From assembly GCA_032123435.1 (NCBI GenBank), contig JAQBFJ010000157.1:1-55370 (forward strand): 55,370 bases of DNA. Reading direction: 5' to 3'. Below, one piece after another: positions 34,993 through 45,429 of this stretch (its first letter is position 1; each line of letters begins with the position of its first letter). The position numbers and the translations under genes are program-made. The stretch comes from Verrucomicrobiota bacterium. GTDB taxonomy: Bacteria > Verrucomicrobiota > Kiritimatiellia > UBA8416 > JAQBFJ01. The notes under the pieces were generated by a model. That model made no database searches, was not told where the DNA came from, and saw nothing but the letters and a program-made list of their open reading frames with translations.

Positions 34993-36369
34993 CTATATAA
35001 TGGGTAAAGCTAATTCTCTTTTTTTCAGCAGATACACACCAATTACACCCAGGCTAAACGGGTATAGAATAAAGAGCAGAAAGAGAGCCTTGCCCGTGAA
35101 TTCCCAAGATACAACCATGCCGTTCACCATGAGCGGCACGGGATCATATCCGGTCAGGGACGAAATAAAATATTCAACCCCGTTTATGACCTTATGCATG
35201 GCAATCTGCACTTCCGACACCTTGTAACCTAGCTCTAAACAGCGACTGCACGTGTGTATAGGCTGATTCGTTAATACTACAAAACGGGCTATAAACAGCA
35301 TTACAACCGCCGCATAAGACGCAAATACCGCCACTGGAAACGAAAAGACAGCGCTCGCAGTCAAACCAAAAGCCGAAAGAAGCCCCATATAAAAGAAAAT
35401 AACGACAATAGCGCGTAAAAAGTTCATTTTGAATCCACTCCAGCGAACCAATAATTTCAGCCCGTCATCAATATCAAACATGGCTGTTGCCGCCTGTTCG
35501 CCGGCATCATTGATAAATGTTACTACCGTTGGGATTCCAGCCGGGATAGCAGAAGCAGGCACAAGTATGCTGTGCGAACCTGCCCGACATTTGTCCATTG
35601 TTGAACGGAATATATCAGGCTTTTGTTCAGTACCCACAAGCCAAACGCCGCTCACCGTTTTCCTGTCCATACCGGCAGATACCAGATGGAACCGCAGATA
35701 TACTGAAACATTACTGTCGCCGCACGAGAACGGCTTAAACACCCAGCGTTTTGACTGGCCTGGCGCCACGGTCGACTTCTCCGACAGAACGCGTCTCTTT
35801 GTTTTTGTATAGATCTCCTGGTAAGGCATGTCCTCCGGAATCCTGTCGTTCTCAACAAGCCAATCCATTCGCTGATGAATTTCATCATCAAAAGATTCTG
35901 ATAAAGATGTTATGCTTTTTCGGCCAACAAGTATCTCGCTATAAACACCGGTACGCTCAATATCGTCCGCATGAGAATTTTTGATCCGCCAGCATAGCAA
36001 TGCATATACTGTAACACCGACAAAAGACAGCAGTATCGCGCTCATAAGTAATAGACCGAACCATTTGCCCAGCCATATCTGATAACGATGCACTGGCTTC
36101 GTTACAATAAGCTGTATCTGCTTCTCCTGAATATCATGCGCTATCGTTCCACATGCTGACCACAGTACGACGGATCCAAGAATGATAGCGGCTAAACCAA
36201 GTGTATACTGCAGTAGTATTGTAATATCACCCGCGAGCGTGCCATCACCCTTGGCAGTAAGCGGAAGCCCGATAACCGTAATGGCAAGCACAACCATTAA
36301 CGACACAAAAAGCTTGGACCGCACAGCCGTTTTGAATGCCAGCAAAGCTATTGCCGCGATTTTAGTCAC
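34993..36369 (-). CDS. ABC-2-type permease with an inserted extracytoplasmic domain of about 200 aa
   Basis: Three N-terminal TM helices with an ABC-2-like EKQIQLIVTKPVHRYQIWLGKW segment, a soluble insert (about aa 126-325), then further TM helices. The start overlaps the ATPase gene stop by 8 nt. Confidence 0.7.
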   Translation of the reverse strand: MTKIAAIALLAFKTAVRSKLFVSLMVVLAITVIGLPLTAKGDGTLAGDITILLQYTLGLAAIILGSVVLWSACGTIAHDIQEKQIQLIVTKPVHRYQIWLGKWFGLLLMSAILLSFVGVTVYALLCWRIKNSHADDIERTGVYSEILVGRKSITSLSESFDDEIHQRMDWLVENDRIPEDMPYQEIYTKTKRRVLSEKSTVAPGQSKRWVFKPFSCGDSNVSVYLRFHLVSAGMDRKTVSGVWLVGTEQKPDIFRSTMDKCRAGSHSILVPASAIPAGIPTVVTFINDAGEQAATAMFDIDDGLKLLVRWSGFKMNFLRAIVVIFFYMGLLSAFGLTASAVFSFPVAVFASYAAVVMLFIARFVVLTNQPIHTCSRCLELGYKVSEVQIAMHKVINGVEYFISSLTGYDPVPLMVNGMVVSWEFTGKALFLLFILYPFSLGVIGVYLLKKRELALPII

Positions 36370-37279
36370 TGCTCAAATACTCCGCAACACTGTCGGGACA
36401 CGATTCTTCCGAGTCCTTATGCGCCTGTTTCACCACTTCTATAAAGATCTGTTCCAGATTCTTGGAAGGTCTATCTATCTCGGGATCCTGGTTAATCGCT
36501 TTTCTGATAAGGGCAAGCACTTCTTTTGTCTTTTCAGGAGAAAGCGAAGGGATTGTCAACCTCATGCTTTCCCGTTCTTCCAGTAATTCATTAATCCTGC
36601 CGCACACACGAGTCCTTCCTTTATAAAGGATGACCACACGATCACAAACATCCTCTACATCAGCCAGCAAGTGAGACGACAGGAGAATCGTCTTGCCGCG
36701 TTGCGCCAGAGTCAACATTAAATCCTTGACCTGTCTACAGCCTATCGGATCAAGACCCGACGTTGGTTCATCCAGGATAACAAGTTGCGGATCATTAATC
36801 AGTGCTTGCGCCAGACCGACGCGACGTGCCATGCCTTTGGAGAACTCTCCGACGGGTCTGTCTGCCTCGCGCGTCAAACCAGCCATGTTTAAAAGTTGAC
36901 TAATACGCTCTTTACGGGCTGTTCCTGTCATATCAAACAGACGCCCATAAAACTCCAACGCCTCGCGCGCAGTCAAATACGGATATAAATATGATTCTTC
37001 CGGAAGATACCCTATGTTGCTCTTGGCCTTCACACTGCATGGTGATGCTCCCATGACGCTCACTTCACCTGAAGAAGGATGAAGCAAGCCAAGAAGTATT
37101 TTTATAGTCGTGCTCTTACCAGACCCATTAGGCCCAAGAAGCCCAAAGATTTCGCCGCGTTTGACTTCCAGATCCAGCCCGTCAACCGCGCACACTTTTG
37201 GGCGTCGCCAGAAATCACGGAAGATCTTTGTAAGATTAGTCACCTTGATAACAGGCTCACCGTTTATAGTACTGCTCAT
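36362..37279 (-). CDS. ABC transporter ATP-binding protein (ABC-2/CcmA-NosF-like)
   Basis: Walker A GPNGSGKST, signature FSKGMARRVGLAQA, Walker B LVILDEPTSGLD. ATG 37279 is preceded by GAGGAG. Confidence 0.9.
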   Translation of the reverse strand: MSSTINGEPVIKVTNLTKIFRDFWRRPKVCAVDGLDLEVKRGEIFGLLGPNGSGKSTTIKILLGLLHPSSGEVSVMGASPCSVKAKSNIGYLPEESYLYPYLTAREALEFYGRLFDMTGTARKERISQLLNMAGLTREADRPVGEFSKGMARRVGLAQALINDPQLVILDEPTSGLDPIGCRQVKDLMLTLAQRGKTILLSSHLLADVEDVCDRVVILYKGRTRVCGRINELLEERESMRLTIPSLSPEKTKEVLALIRKAINQDPEIDRPSKNLEQIFIEVVKQAHKDSEESCPDSVAEYLSSD

Positions 37280-37341
37280 GATTCTCCTCATAGCTGCATT
37301 CATTCACGATCATGACATAACCACGAGTCCGGATCGACATT

Positions 37342-38340
37342 CTACTTTATTTCAACGTGTCTGAACAATAACATGCCTAAAAATAACACTCCCGCTGAAT
37401 AGACCAATGCGTAAATCGCCGTATCCACAATGTAGCCTGCCGGCACAATACCCCCGCCATTCAAAGCATCTGCGATCCAGAAGTACTGCCAATTCGGCAA
37501 AATGCGATAAATGAACGCCCCTACCGCAGGACTACTCACTATTGTATGTTTCCCCGAAAACAAATAATCAGACATCAATCCGATAATAAAAACCAGACTG
37601 CATATCACCATTGTGGGCACAGTGCTGAACCATGTGGACAATGTGATGGCAATAGCCGACAATACAATCAGCGCAAAAGTAATGAGCAGACTCACCGGAA
37701 GGATCCGCCACTCAACCCTTAGATCAAACGGAGCCAACTCTCCTTTTATATTGAAGAACCCGCCCGTCACAAGAACAGCGCACAGCGCAACAAAAAGGAA
37801 TCCAAACGCCATGGATCCAAACGGGCGTCTTTTGACGTAATTTATCACTCCCGCCGCCAGGAACGCGGCAAAAGGCACGGCCAGAAACAACCAGCCTATC
37901 AGCTTGTCCCTGAAATAACCTAACAATTCAGGCGTATCATAGAACTTCAATACAATCCGTTCACTCAATAGCGTCGCAATCGCGGCACAAATGGAAAACG
38001 CGATAACTGCTGAAACAACTCCGGTAAATTTAGCCAGGAAGAACACCTCGCGGCTAACTGGTTTACTCAGCACGGCTGACGCAGTTCCGCCTCTTAGCTC
38101 GCGGGCAAGCGACGAACAAGCCGCGTATCCGGCAATGAATAAACCAAAAACAAAATGAAAAGCCAACCCGCTGTCACGCGCAAGCTTTCCTTCCTCGCCA
38201 AACTGATGCACCAGCAATTGCGGTGTCAGAGAAATCAGCAATATACAAGTCGCTGATAACAAAAGAAATATGGGCTGATGAATTGCTTCAATAGCTGTAA
38301 GACCTGTGATAGCCAAAAATTGCTTTATTTTTAGCTTCAT
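37342..38340 (-). CDS. ABC-2-type permease-like polytopic membrane protein
   Basis: 332 aa with at least 6 hydrophobic helices. The RELRGGTASAVLSKPVSREVFFLAKF segment resembles the conserved ABC-2 permease loop. Confidence 0.7.
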   Translation of the reverse strand: MKLKIKQFLAITGLTAIEAIHQPIFLLLSATCILLISLTPQLLVHQFGEEGKLARDSGLAFHFVFGLFIAGYAACSSLARELRGGTASAVLSKPVSREVFFLAKFTGVVSAVIAFSICAAIATLLSERIVLKFYDTPELLGYFRDKLIGWLFLAVPFAAFLAAGVINYVKRRPFGSMAFGFLFVALCAVLVTGGFFNIKGELAPFDLRVEWRILPVSLLITFALIVLSAIAITLSTWFSTVPTMVICSLVFIIGLMSDYLFSGKHTIVSSPAVGAFIYRILPNWQYFWIADALNGGGIVPAGYIVDTAIYALVYSAGVLFLGMLLFRHVEIK

Positions 38341-38364
38341 TATTTCATTCTGCGGAAATCCGCA

Positions 38365-40464
38365 TCAAGCATCTTTCTCTCGCATGGCTTCTTTTCGGCT
38401 CAGCCTGATTCTGCCTCTATCGTCTACGCCAAGACACTTAACCCACATCCGATCCCCGATTTTGCAGATGTCTTCCACCTTGTTGACACGTCCTTCGGCC
38501 ATTTCGCTGATATGAACAAGCCCGTCTTTGCCGGGTAGAATCTCGACAAACGCGCCAAATTCCTTTACACCTGTAACAACTCCATCATAGATCTTGCCTT
38601 CTTCCGCCTCCGCTGTGATCAAACTGACCTCCCGAACAGCCAAATCCAGTGAATCCTGGCCCGTGGCATAGATGCTGACCGTGCCATCTTCTCCTATGTC
38701 TATCTGGGCTCCGCTCAGTTCTGTTATGCGACGAATGTTCTTGCCGCCCGGCCCGATTAATTCGCCTATCTTATCCTGCGGAATACTAATGATCTCTATC
38801 TTTGGCGCATAGACCGACATGTCGGGCCGCGGATCAGCAATCACCGTATGCATAAAATCAAGCAACGTTAAACGAGCTTTCCTTGCTTCCGTGAATGCCT
38901 CTTCAACAAGATCCCAGCTCAATCCCGGAATCTTGAGATCAACTTGAAAACCAGTAACGCCGTCCTTTGTGCCCGCAACCTTGAAGTCCATGTCGCCGCA
39001 ATGATCCTCTGTGCCCAGAATATCAGTGACCAGAACCCCTTTTTCATCATTCGAGAAAAGACCTATCGAAATTCCAGCTATAGGTTTAAGTATAGGGATC
39101 CCGGCATCCATCATTGCCAGCGTCCCGGCGCAAATACTGGCCATTGAGCTCGATCCGTTGGAACCCATGATATCAGAAACAAGCCGAACAGTATATGGAA
39201 AATCCTTAGGCACAATCGGCTCCAGAGACCTTTCCGCAAGCGCGCCATGCCCTATTTCCCTGCGGCCTGTGCTCCCCAGGCGTCCGCATTCGCCCACACT
39301 GTATGGAGGAAAGTTGTAGTGTAGCATGAACTTCTTGTCTTCCGGGCCGCCCGTGACCGCGTCCAAATTCTGCGCATCCGATTTTGTTCCCAGTGTAACA
39401 GTAGCCAATGCCTGCGTCTCACCACGCTGGAACACTGCGGATCCATGTGTTCTAGGCAACACGCCAATCTCTGCTTTCAATTCACGAAGCTCATTGGAAG
39501 CGCGTCCGTCAGGACGTAGTCCCTTTTCAAGCATATTAGCTCGTACCGTTTCTATCTCAAGCTCATCAAACATGGACCGGAACGCCTCATCCGTCATATC
39601 TTGAAATTTCTCAAGAAGGGCCTCTTTGAGAGATTTTCTAATCTCTTCAAGCATCTTCTGACGTTTTTTCTTGTCACCTGTTAACATGATTTCTGCCATT
39701 CTGGTTCCTGCTGTTTCCCTGCCGGCGGCAATCAAAGGCTCCTCGTTCTCCTGACTGGTCTCTTCTATTACCTTATCAGCCAATCCCAGTTTGCGGCGTA
39801 ATTCCAATTGTGCGTCAATAATTTTTACGCATTCGGGATGTGCAAATTTCATGGCCTTGATCAGATCTTCTTCCAGAACTTCCATGCCGCCGCCTTCTAT
39901 CATGAGAGGCAAATCCCGCGTGCTGGCATAAACAAGATCCATGTCGCTTTCTTCCCGCTCCTTATGTGTCGGATTGATGATAAACTTACCGTTTATCCTG
40001 CCTACGCGAACACTCGCCACGGGGCCCATAAAGGGAATTTCAGAAATCGTAAGTGCTGCGCTTGAGGCAACGATACTCATCATATCCGAGTCATTTTCGC
40101 CATCAGCTGAAAGAAGCATGTTGTTGATCTGTACATCATTCTTGTACCCCTTGGGAAAAAGAGGACGAATAGGGCGGTCTGTTATCCGCGCCGTCAGTAT
40201 CTCTTTTTCGGCTGGACGTGCCTCACGCTTGAAAAAACCGCCTGGAAACCGGCCGGCGGCATAAAATTTCTCGCGATATTCAACCTGTAGAGGAAAATAA
40301 TCTATCCCCTCTCTCGGTTCATTCGTACACGTCACAGCGGAAAATAAAACAGTATCTCCCATACTGACGGTAACAGCACCAGCCGCCTGCTGGGCCAGTA
40401 CACCGGATTCTATAATAACAGTCTTGTCGCCTACTTTGATTTCTACTGATGTTGTATTTTTCAT
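38365..40464 (-). CDS. pnp: Polyribonucleotide nucleotidyltransferase (PNPase)
   Basis: Two RNase PH domains, KH (GPGGKNIRRI) and S1 (GKIYDGVVTGVKEFGAFVEI). ATG 40464 is preceded by AAGGAAGGA. The track start at 40509 is GTG. Confidence 0.95.
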   Translation of the reverse strand: MKNTTSVEIKVGDKTVIIESGVLAQQAAGAVTVSMGDTVLFSAVTCTNEPREGIDYFPLQVEYREKFYAAGRFPGGFFKREARPAEKEILTARITDRPIRPLFPKGYKNDVQINNMLLSADGENDSDMMSIVASSAALTISEIPFMGPVASVRVGRINGKFIINPTHKEREESDMDLVYASTRDLPLMIEGGGMEVLEEDLIKAMKFAHPECVKIIDAQLELRRKLGLADKVIEETSQENEEPLIAAGRETAGTRMAEIMLTGDKKKRQKMLEEIRKSLKEALLEKFQDMTDEAFRSMFDELEIETVRANMLEKGLRPDGRASNELRELKAEIGVLPRTHGSAVFQRGETQALATVTLGTKSDAQNLDAVTGGPEDKKFMLHYNFPPYSVGECGRLGSTGRREIGHGALAERSLEPIVPKDFPYTVRLVSDIMGSNGSSSMASICAGTLAMMDAGIPILKPIAGISIGLFSNDEKGVLVTDILGTEDHCGDMDFKVAGTKDGVTGFQVDLKIPGLSWDLVEEAFTEARKARLTLLDFMHTVIADPRPDMSVYAPKIEIISIPQDKIGELIGPGGKNIRRITELSGAQIDIGEDGTVSIYATGQDSLDLAVREVSLITAEAEEGKIYDGVVTGVKEFGAFVEILPGKDGLVHISEMAEGRVNKVEDICKIGDRMWVKCLGVDDRGRIRLSRKEAMREKDA

Positions 40465-40562
40465 AATTTTCCTTCCTTTGGATAACCCGGGGATGGACTG
40501 GTAAGACACCTAATTCAAATGTGAATAACAGGACGTATGTCGGCTGGAAATACCGCTGGTTT

Positions 40563-40826
40563 CTACCGGCTGATGTTCAGATCTTCGGTCAGCTTCCCAT
40601 ATTTAGGCTCATCATGTCTCTTAAGATAATTCAACAGGCGCCTGCGAGCGCTTATCATCTTGAGAAGCCCTATACGAGAACTATGGTCTTTCCTGTGCGT
40701 CTTGAGGTGTTCCGTGAGCAGTTCAATTCGTTTCGACAATAAAGCAATCTGCACTTCAGACGATCCAGTATCATTACTGTGATGCTGAAATTTTTCCTGA
40801 ACAGCTTTTTTGTCTATCTTGCTCAT
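40563..40826 (-). CDS. rpsO: 30S ribosomal protein S15
   Basis: 88 aa, [14 protein letters not shown]...[48 protein letters not shown]. The track ORF (to 40973) is an upstream in-frame extension. Confidence 0.95.
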   Translation of the reverse strand: MSKIDKKAVQEKFQHHSNDTGSSEVQIALLSKRIELLTEHLKTHRKDHSSRIGLLKMISARRRLLNYLKRHDEPKYGKLTEDLNISR

Positions 40827-40833
40827 GTCCCCT

Positions 40834-41904
40834 TTATGTTTTCCTTTTTCTACTTTCTCTTTTTTTCCTTTTTTTGTTTGTCCGGGTCTGACTATAGTAC
40901 GGATAAATACTTGATGTAAAGAGATTCCTTTCTTTTTTTTCAGCCAGAACCGCCTGCATGCACCCGACGTCATCCTTAATCTGCTTTTTCAGCGCCGCCG
41001 GTGAAGGAAATGTTATTTCATCCCTGATTTTATAAAGAAAAAATATTTCCATATCATATTCGTATAAAAGTGTATTTACGTCAAAAAGGTGTGCCTCTAT
41101 GCAGGGAACAGTTTGCGGCTCACCGAAAGTAGGCCTGAAACCTATGTTCAATATCCCGTGATGAAACCGACTGCGTCCCGTCTTTCCTGCAACTTTAGAA
41201 TCCTTTATTTCGGCATAAACTGCGTATACGCCGCTGGGCGGTATTACTTCATTATACGGGTCAATATTGGCTGTCGGAAAACCAAGAGACCTGCCTAACC
41301 CTCTGCCTTTAACAACAGTTCCCAAAACGCTCACAGACCTGCCAAGCAAAATAGAGGCCCCCTTCAAATCACCGTTCGCGATCTTGTTACGTATACGTGT
41401 ACTCGAAACCGGTGATCCCTGCCTGATTACCGGCCTGATGATCGTTACATCAAATCCAACTTTCTTTCCGAAACGTGAAAGTATGGCCGTGTTTCCTTCC
41501 TTTGACCGACCAAAACGCCAGTTCCGGCCAACAATAATCTCATTTAAACACGGAATGTTCGATCGCAAAAGATCAAGGAAGCCGATTGGAGAAACATCCG
41601 CCAACTCACTGGAAAAAGGCATTACCAAACATCCATCAAGCTCCAGCCCGGCCAATAGTTCAAGCTTGTGCTGCTCCGATGTCAACAGCCTCGGTTCGGA
41701 ACCAGGCTTAAGTATTTTCAGCGGATGAGCATCAAACGTTAATCCCCATGCCTGTCCGTGCACGTTCCGCGCCCGAGCCACCGTTTTACATATTATTTTC
41801 TGATGCCCGACATGAACACCGTCAAAGAAGCCTGCCGCAAGTATAACCCGACTCTTTTCCCTTTTAAGACCAGATAGATTCCTGATAACTTTCATTTTTT
41901 CCAT
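40834..41904 (-). CDS. ribF: Bifunctional riboflavin kinase / FMN adenylyltransferase with a Lys/Arg-rich C-terminal tail of about 35 aa
   Basis: [20 protein letters not shown], the riboflavin kinase domain (HLFD...YEYDMEIFF). The first ATG is 41904 (the track start at 41916 is TTG). The ORF runs through the purine-rich rpsO leader to a stop 7 nt before the rpsO ATG. Confidence 0.9.
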   Translation of the reverse strand: MEKMKVIRNLSGLKREKSRVILAAGFFDGVHVGHQKIICKTVARARNVHGQAWGLTFDAHPLKILKPGSEPRLLTSEQHKLELLAGLELDGCLVMPFSSELADVSPIGFLDLLRSNIPCLNEIIVGRNWRFGRSKEGNTAILSRFGKKVGFDVTIIRPVIRQGSPVSSTRIRNKIANGDLKGASILLGRSVSVLGTVVKGRGLGRSLGFPTANIDPYNEVIPPSGVYAVYAEIKDSKVAGKTGRSRFHHGILNIGFRPTFGEPQTVPCIEAHLFDVNTLLYEYDMEIFFLYKIRDEITFPSPAALKKQIKDDVGCMQAVLAEKKERNLFTSSIYPYYSQTRTNKKRKKRESRKRKT

Positions 41905-41938
41905 CAGTAGAAACAATTAATAACGCAATAATTATGTC

Positions 41939-42703
41939 TTATATTTTAGACGCAATGAAAACGCTTAGAGGAATAATACACCCGGCAAGTTCTTCATGTT
42001 TCATGTTCTGTACTTTATCAAGCTGGACCGCCTCTTCAATACTGACACTGCCCGAACGTGTCCGGCGAAGCTGTTCAAGATGCGCGCCGCATCCAAGAGC
42101 TTCACCTATGTCGGCACATAACGTGCGCACATAAGTCCCCTTCGTACAGCGAATAAAAAAACTTGCCAACGGCAGATCGAAATCCTTCATTTTGAATTCA
42201 TAAACATGTACCAATCTGGACTTGCGTTCAATTGTACGACCTTTCCGCGCATGCTTGTAAAGAGGAACGCCGTTAACTTTAACCGCGGAAACCATCGGCG
42301 GCAACTGCTGAATGTCACCCGTAAGCCCGGCCATCTGCGCTTCCACCTGATCTCTGGTTACAAAACCACAGTCCGACTCTCGTATGATTTCGCCCTGCGC
42401 ATCTTGAGTTGCAGTAGCAACGCCAAGCTTCATTACCCCTTCATATTCCTTGTCAGAACCCATGATTCGTTCCGATAACTTCGTTCCTTTACCAATAAGA
42501 ATTAAAAGCAGTCCTGTCGCCTGCGGATCAAGTGTTCCGCCATGCCCAACCTTCCGAAATCCGAATTGCTTCCGAATTATATCTACTATATCGTGCGATG
42601 TCGGACCCGACGGTTTATCAATAACAAGCACCCCGTCAAAATCATTAAGAGCTTGCAGTGGAGCAGACACTCTGGGTTGATTTGTTGTTATGCGCGGTTT
42701 CAT
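41939..42703 (-). CDS. truB: tRNA pseudouridine(55) synthase
   Basis: GVLVIDKPSGPTSHDIV, KVGHGGTLDPQATGLL. Confidence 0.95.
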   Translation of the reverse strand: MKPRITTNQPRVSAPLQALNDFDGVLVIDKPSGPTSHDIVDIIRKQFGFRKVGHGGTLDPQATGLLLILIGKGTKLSERIMGSDKEYEGVMKLGVATATQDAQGEIIRESDCGFVTRDQVEAQMAGLTGDIQQLPPMVSAVKVNGVPLYKHARKGRTIERKSRLVHVYEFKMKDFDLPLASFFIRCTKGTYVRTLCADIGEALGCGAHLEQLRRTRSGSVSIEEAVQLDKVQNMKHEELAGCIIPLSVFIASKI

Positions 42704-42706
42704 GCC

Positions 42707-43123
42707 TTATAGCCCAAACACGCCATCATCTTCACCTTCTCGTGTTTCATCAGACGGGCCCTGATCCACATCTGTTGTTTCTTCCATCTTCGAAAGAATA
42801 GCCAGAATATGATCCCCTTTTTCCAGTGAACAGTCTATTTCAAAAGTAAGACGCGGCGTATATTTCAGAACAATATTACGGCTAATATGCTTCTGAATTT
42901 CAATCCTGTGCCTGTTCAAAATCGCCAGCATATCGCCGCGCCGTTCCTGATTATCCCTTACAGAAACAAATACACGTGCACTGCGTAACGTCGGACTTGT
43001 CATTACACGCGTAACTGAAATCGACGACAAATCAAAACCATCATCGTTTATGATTCGAAACAGAACACTGCCGATCTCGCGACGCAGTAATTCATCAACA
43101 CGGTCTATGCGGCTTTTTTTCAT
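42707..43123 (-). CDS. rbfA: Ribosome-binding factor A
   Basis: RIDRVDELLRREIGSVL..., KH-like RbfA layout. Position between infB and truB. Confidence 0.9.
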   Translation of the reverse strand: MKKSRIDRVDELLRREIGSVLFRIINDDGFDLSSISVTRVMTSPTLRSARVFVSVRDNQERRGDMLAILNRHRIEIQKHISRNIVLKYTPRLTFEIDCSLEKGDHILAILSKMEETTDVDQGPSDETREGEDDGVFGL

Positions 43124-43314
43124 ATTGATAACAACAGCGGCACACGAGTCAATTGTGCCGAAAAAAACAGGGCGTCAGGTGTAAGACCTGAAAAACTGAC
43201 GTTGAATAGCTCCCTTCTCGCAATTCTTTATTCAAAATAAGCGGAACAAAACGGCCGAATCACAACTATTTTTTAAAAGCCGCGTGAAAAAGAAAGTAAC
43301 AGCCCGCAAAAACC

Positions 43315-45387
43315 CTACAATGTCTGTTTTGTCTGCTCTACCTCATAAAATTCCATAGTGTCACCTTCATTGAAATCCGCAAAAGATTCCAACCGGATAC
43401 CACACTCCTGAGATTCCCTGACCTGAATCACATCTTCCTGGAAACGCTTTAATGATGCTATTAATCCATCATGTATAACCTGATTTTCACGCTTTAATCT
43501 TGCCTTGAATTTTGGTTTAACCAATCCCTGCGTAACAAGACAACCGGCAATCTTATTCCGTTTCCCAGATCCAAATACCTGCTTGATAACCGCACTGCCT
43601 CTGGGAAGTTCCTGTATCTTTGGCGCAAGCAAGCCCGTCATGGCAGCATGTACTTCGTCAATCAGCTCGTAAATCACCTCATGGACCCTCATTTCTACAC
43701 CTTCATGCTTGGCATTCGCCAGCACGCCGCTTTCCTTGCCAACGTGAAAACCCAGAATAATAGCGTTGGACGCCGATGCCAGCATAACATCATTCGTCGT
43801 AATGTTTCCCGTAGTACCAAGAATAATACTGAGAGAAACCTTGTCGCTGTTAATCTGACGAAGAGCATATATGATCGCTTCAACAGATCCCTGCGTGTCA
43901 GCCTTGATTATAATCCTCAAATCAAGCTTATGAATGTCATCCTTCATCTGCTCAAAAATATTATCCAGAGAAATTTTCTGCGGCAGCACCAGTTGACGGG
44001 TTTTCTCTTTTCCCATTTCCTCTTCAGCCATACGCCTTGCGTCTTTCTCATCAGCACAAACCTTGAATTCCCAGCCCGCCTCCGGTACCCCTGAAAGCCC
44101 CATACATTTTATCGGCATAGAAGGCATTGCGGATTTAACCTTTATTCCATGATCATTAAGAAGCGCCCTGACCTTGCCGCAATAACACCCGCAAAGAATA
44201 ATATCGCCTATTTTAAGGGTGCCATTGGTTACCAACAGATTGGCCGTGGGACCCATGCCCGGCTCCAGCTGAGATTCAACAACATACCCGTTTGCACGAC
44301 GCTTAGGGTTCGCTTTCAGCTCAAGAATATCCGCCTGAAGCAGAATCATATCCAGTAAATGATCAATACCAAGACCCGTTTGAGCGCTTACCGGACAACA
44401 TATCACGTTGCCGCCCCAATCCTCTGCGAGCAGATTTTCCGCCTGAAGTTGCTTCTTTACACGCATTTCATCCGCGGCCGGCAAATCCATTTTGTTAATC
44501 GCTATCATTATGCATACACCGGCCGCCTGCGCATGCTTTATAGCTTCCTTCGTCTGCGGCATAATGCCGTCATCAGCAGCTATAATTATAACAGCAATAT
44601 CTGTAAGATTGGCGCCGCGCGCGCGCATGGCCGTAAAAGCCGCGTGACCCGGTGTGTCAAGAAAAGTAATGCTTCGTCCGCCAACTTCAACCGTGTATGC
44701 GCCTATATGCTGGGTAATCCCACCCCATTCGCCCTGCGTCACCTTCGCGTTCCTGATCTTGTCGAGCAATGAAGTTTTGCCATGATCAACATGTCCGAGA
44801 AAAGTCACTACCGGCGAACGCGGCGCAAGATCTTCGGGTTTGTCTTTTTCTTTTTCAGATTCTTCCTCTTTCTGCTTCCTGAAAATCTCCTTGTGGCCCT
44901 TTTCCTGTTCAAGAGTCAATCCATGCTGTTCAACTAGCTTGCGGGCAACATTGACCTCAAGACGCGCATTAATAGCCGCAAGCACATTCATGCCCATCAG
45001 TTCAGCAATAAGTTTGTTGGGCCTCAGGCCCATAAGCTCAGCAAGATCTTTGACAATAATGGGACCACGCACTCTGATGACGTTGCTGTCCAAACAGATA
45101 TCGCCAGATTCATCAGGCTCCTGACTCTGCGCCGCCGGCTTCTGAATCGCGCTGGTACTATCCTCTTCCTTTACAGATATTGATGTCGAATCATGCTTCG
45201 GCAAATCGGCCGACTGCTGACTCTTTACATCGGAATCTTTAACACCATATTCCTCCTGTAAAAGCCCAATAGCAGTATCTTCAATAGAACTCATGTGGTT
45301 CTTCGCTTCCACGCCCAGAGAATGCAGTTTGGCAAGAATATCCTTGCTGGATACATTCATCTTTTTTGCCAATTCATGAACTCTCAT
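43315..45387 (-). CDS. infB: Translation initiation factor IF-2
   Basis: G-domain VVTFLGHVDHGKTSLLD / DTPGH / NKMD plus the conserved C-terminal domains. Confidence 0.95.
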   Translation of the reverse strand: MRVHELAKKMNVSSKDILAKLHSLGVEAKNHMSSIEDTAIGLLQEEYGVKDSDVKSQQSADLPKHDSTSISVKEEDSTSAIQKPAAQSQEPDESGDICLDSNVIRVRGPIIVKDLAELMGLRPNKLIAELMGMNVLAAINARLEVNVARKLVEQHGLTLEQEKGHKEIFRKQKEEESEKEKDKPEDLAPRSPVVTFLGHVDHGKTSLLDKIRNAKVTQGEWGGITQHIGAYTVEVGGRSITFLDTPGHAAFTAMRARGANLTDIAVIIIAADDGIMPQTKEAIKHAQAAGVCIMIAINKMDLPAADEMRVKKQLQAENLLAEDWGGNVICCPVSAQTGLGIDHLLDMILLQADILELKANPKRRANGYVVESQLEPGMGPTANLLVTNGTLKIGDIILCGCYCGKVRALLNDHGIKVKSAMPSMPIKCMGLSGVPEAGWEFKVCADEKDARRMAEEEMGKEKTRQLVLPQKISLDNIFEQMKDDIHKLDLRIIIKADTQGSVEAIIYALRQINSDKVSLSIILGTTGNITTNDVMLASASNAIILGFHVGKESGVLANAKHEGVEMRVHEVIYELIDEVHAAMTGLLAPKIQELPRGSAVIKQVFGSGKRNKIAGCLVTQGLVKPKFKARLKRENQVIHDGLIASLKRFQEDVIQVRESQECGIRLESFADFNEGDTMEFYEVEQTKQTL

Positions 45388-45429
45388 GAAAACACCTTTC
45401 TATCAACCAGCCCGGATACATAATTCAGC

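Noticed and set aside
40932-40939. A8 run as a programmed frameshift site fusing RibF to S15.
   Set aside because: The S15 frame is +1 relative to ribF, not the -1 favoured by A-AAA-AAA slippery heptamers. S15 has its own ATG with an AAAGGGG SD, so the open upstream frame is most simply a consequence of a leader that lacks stop codons.
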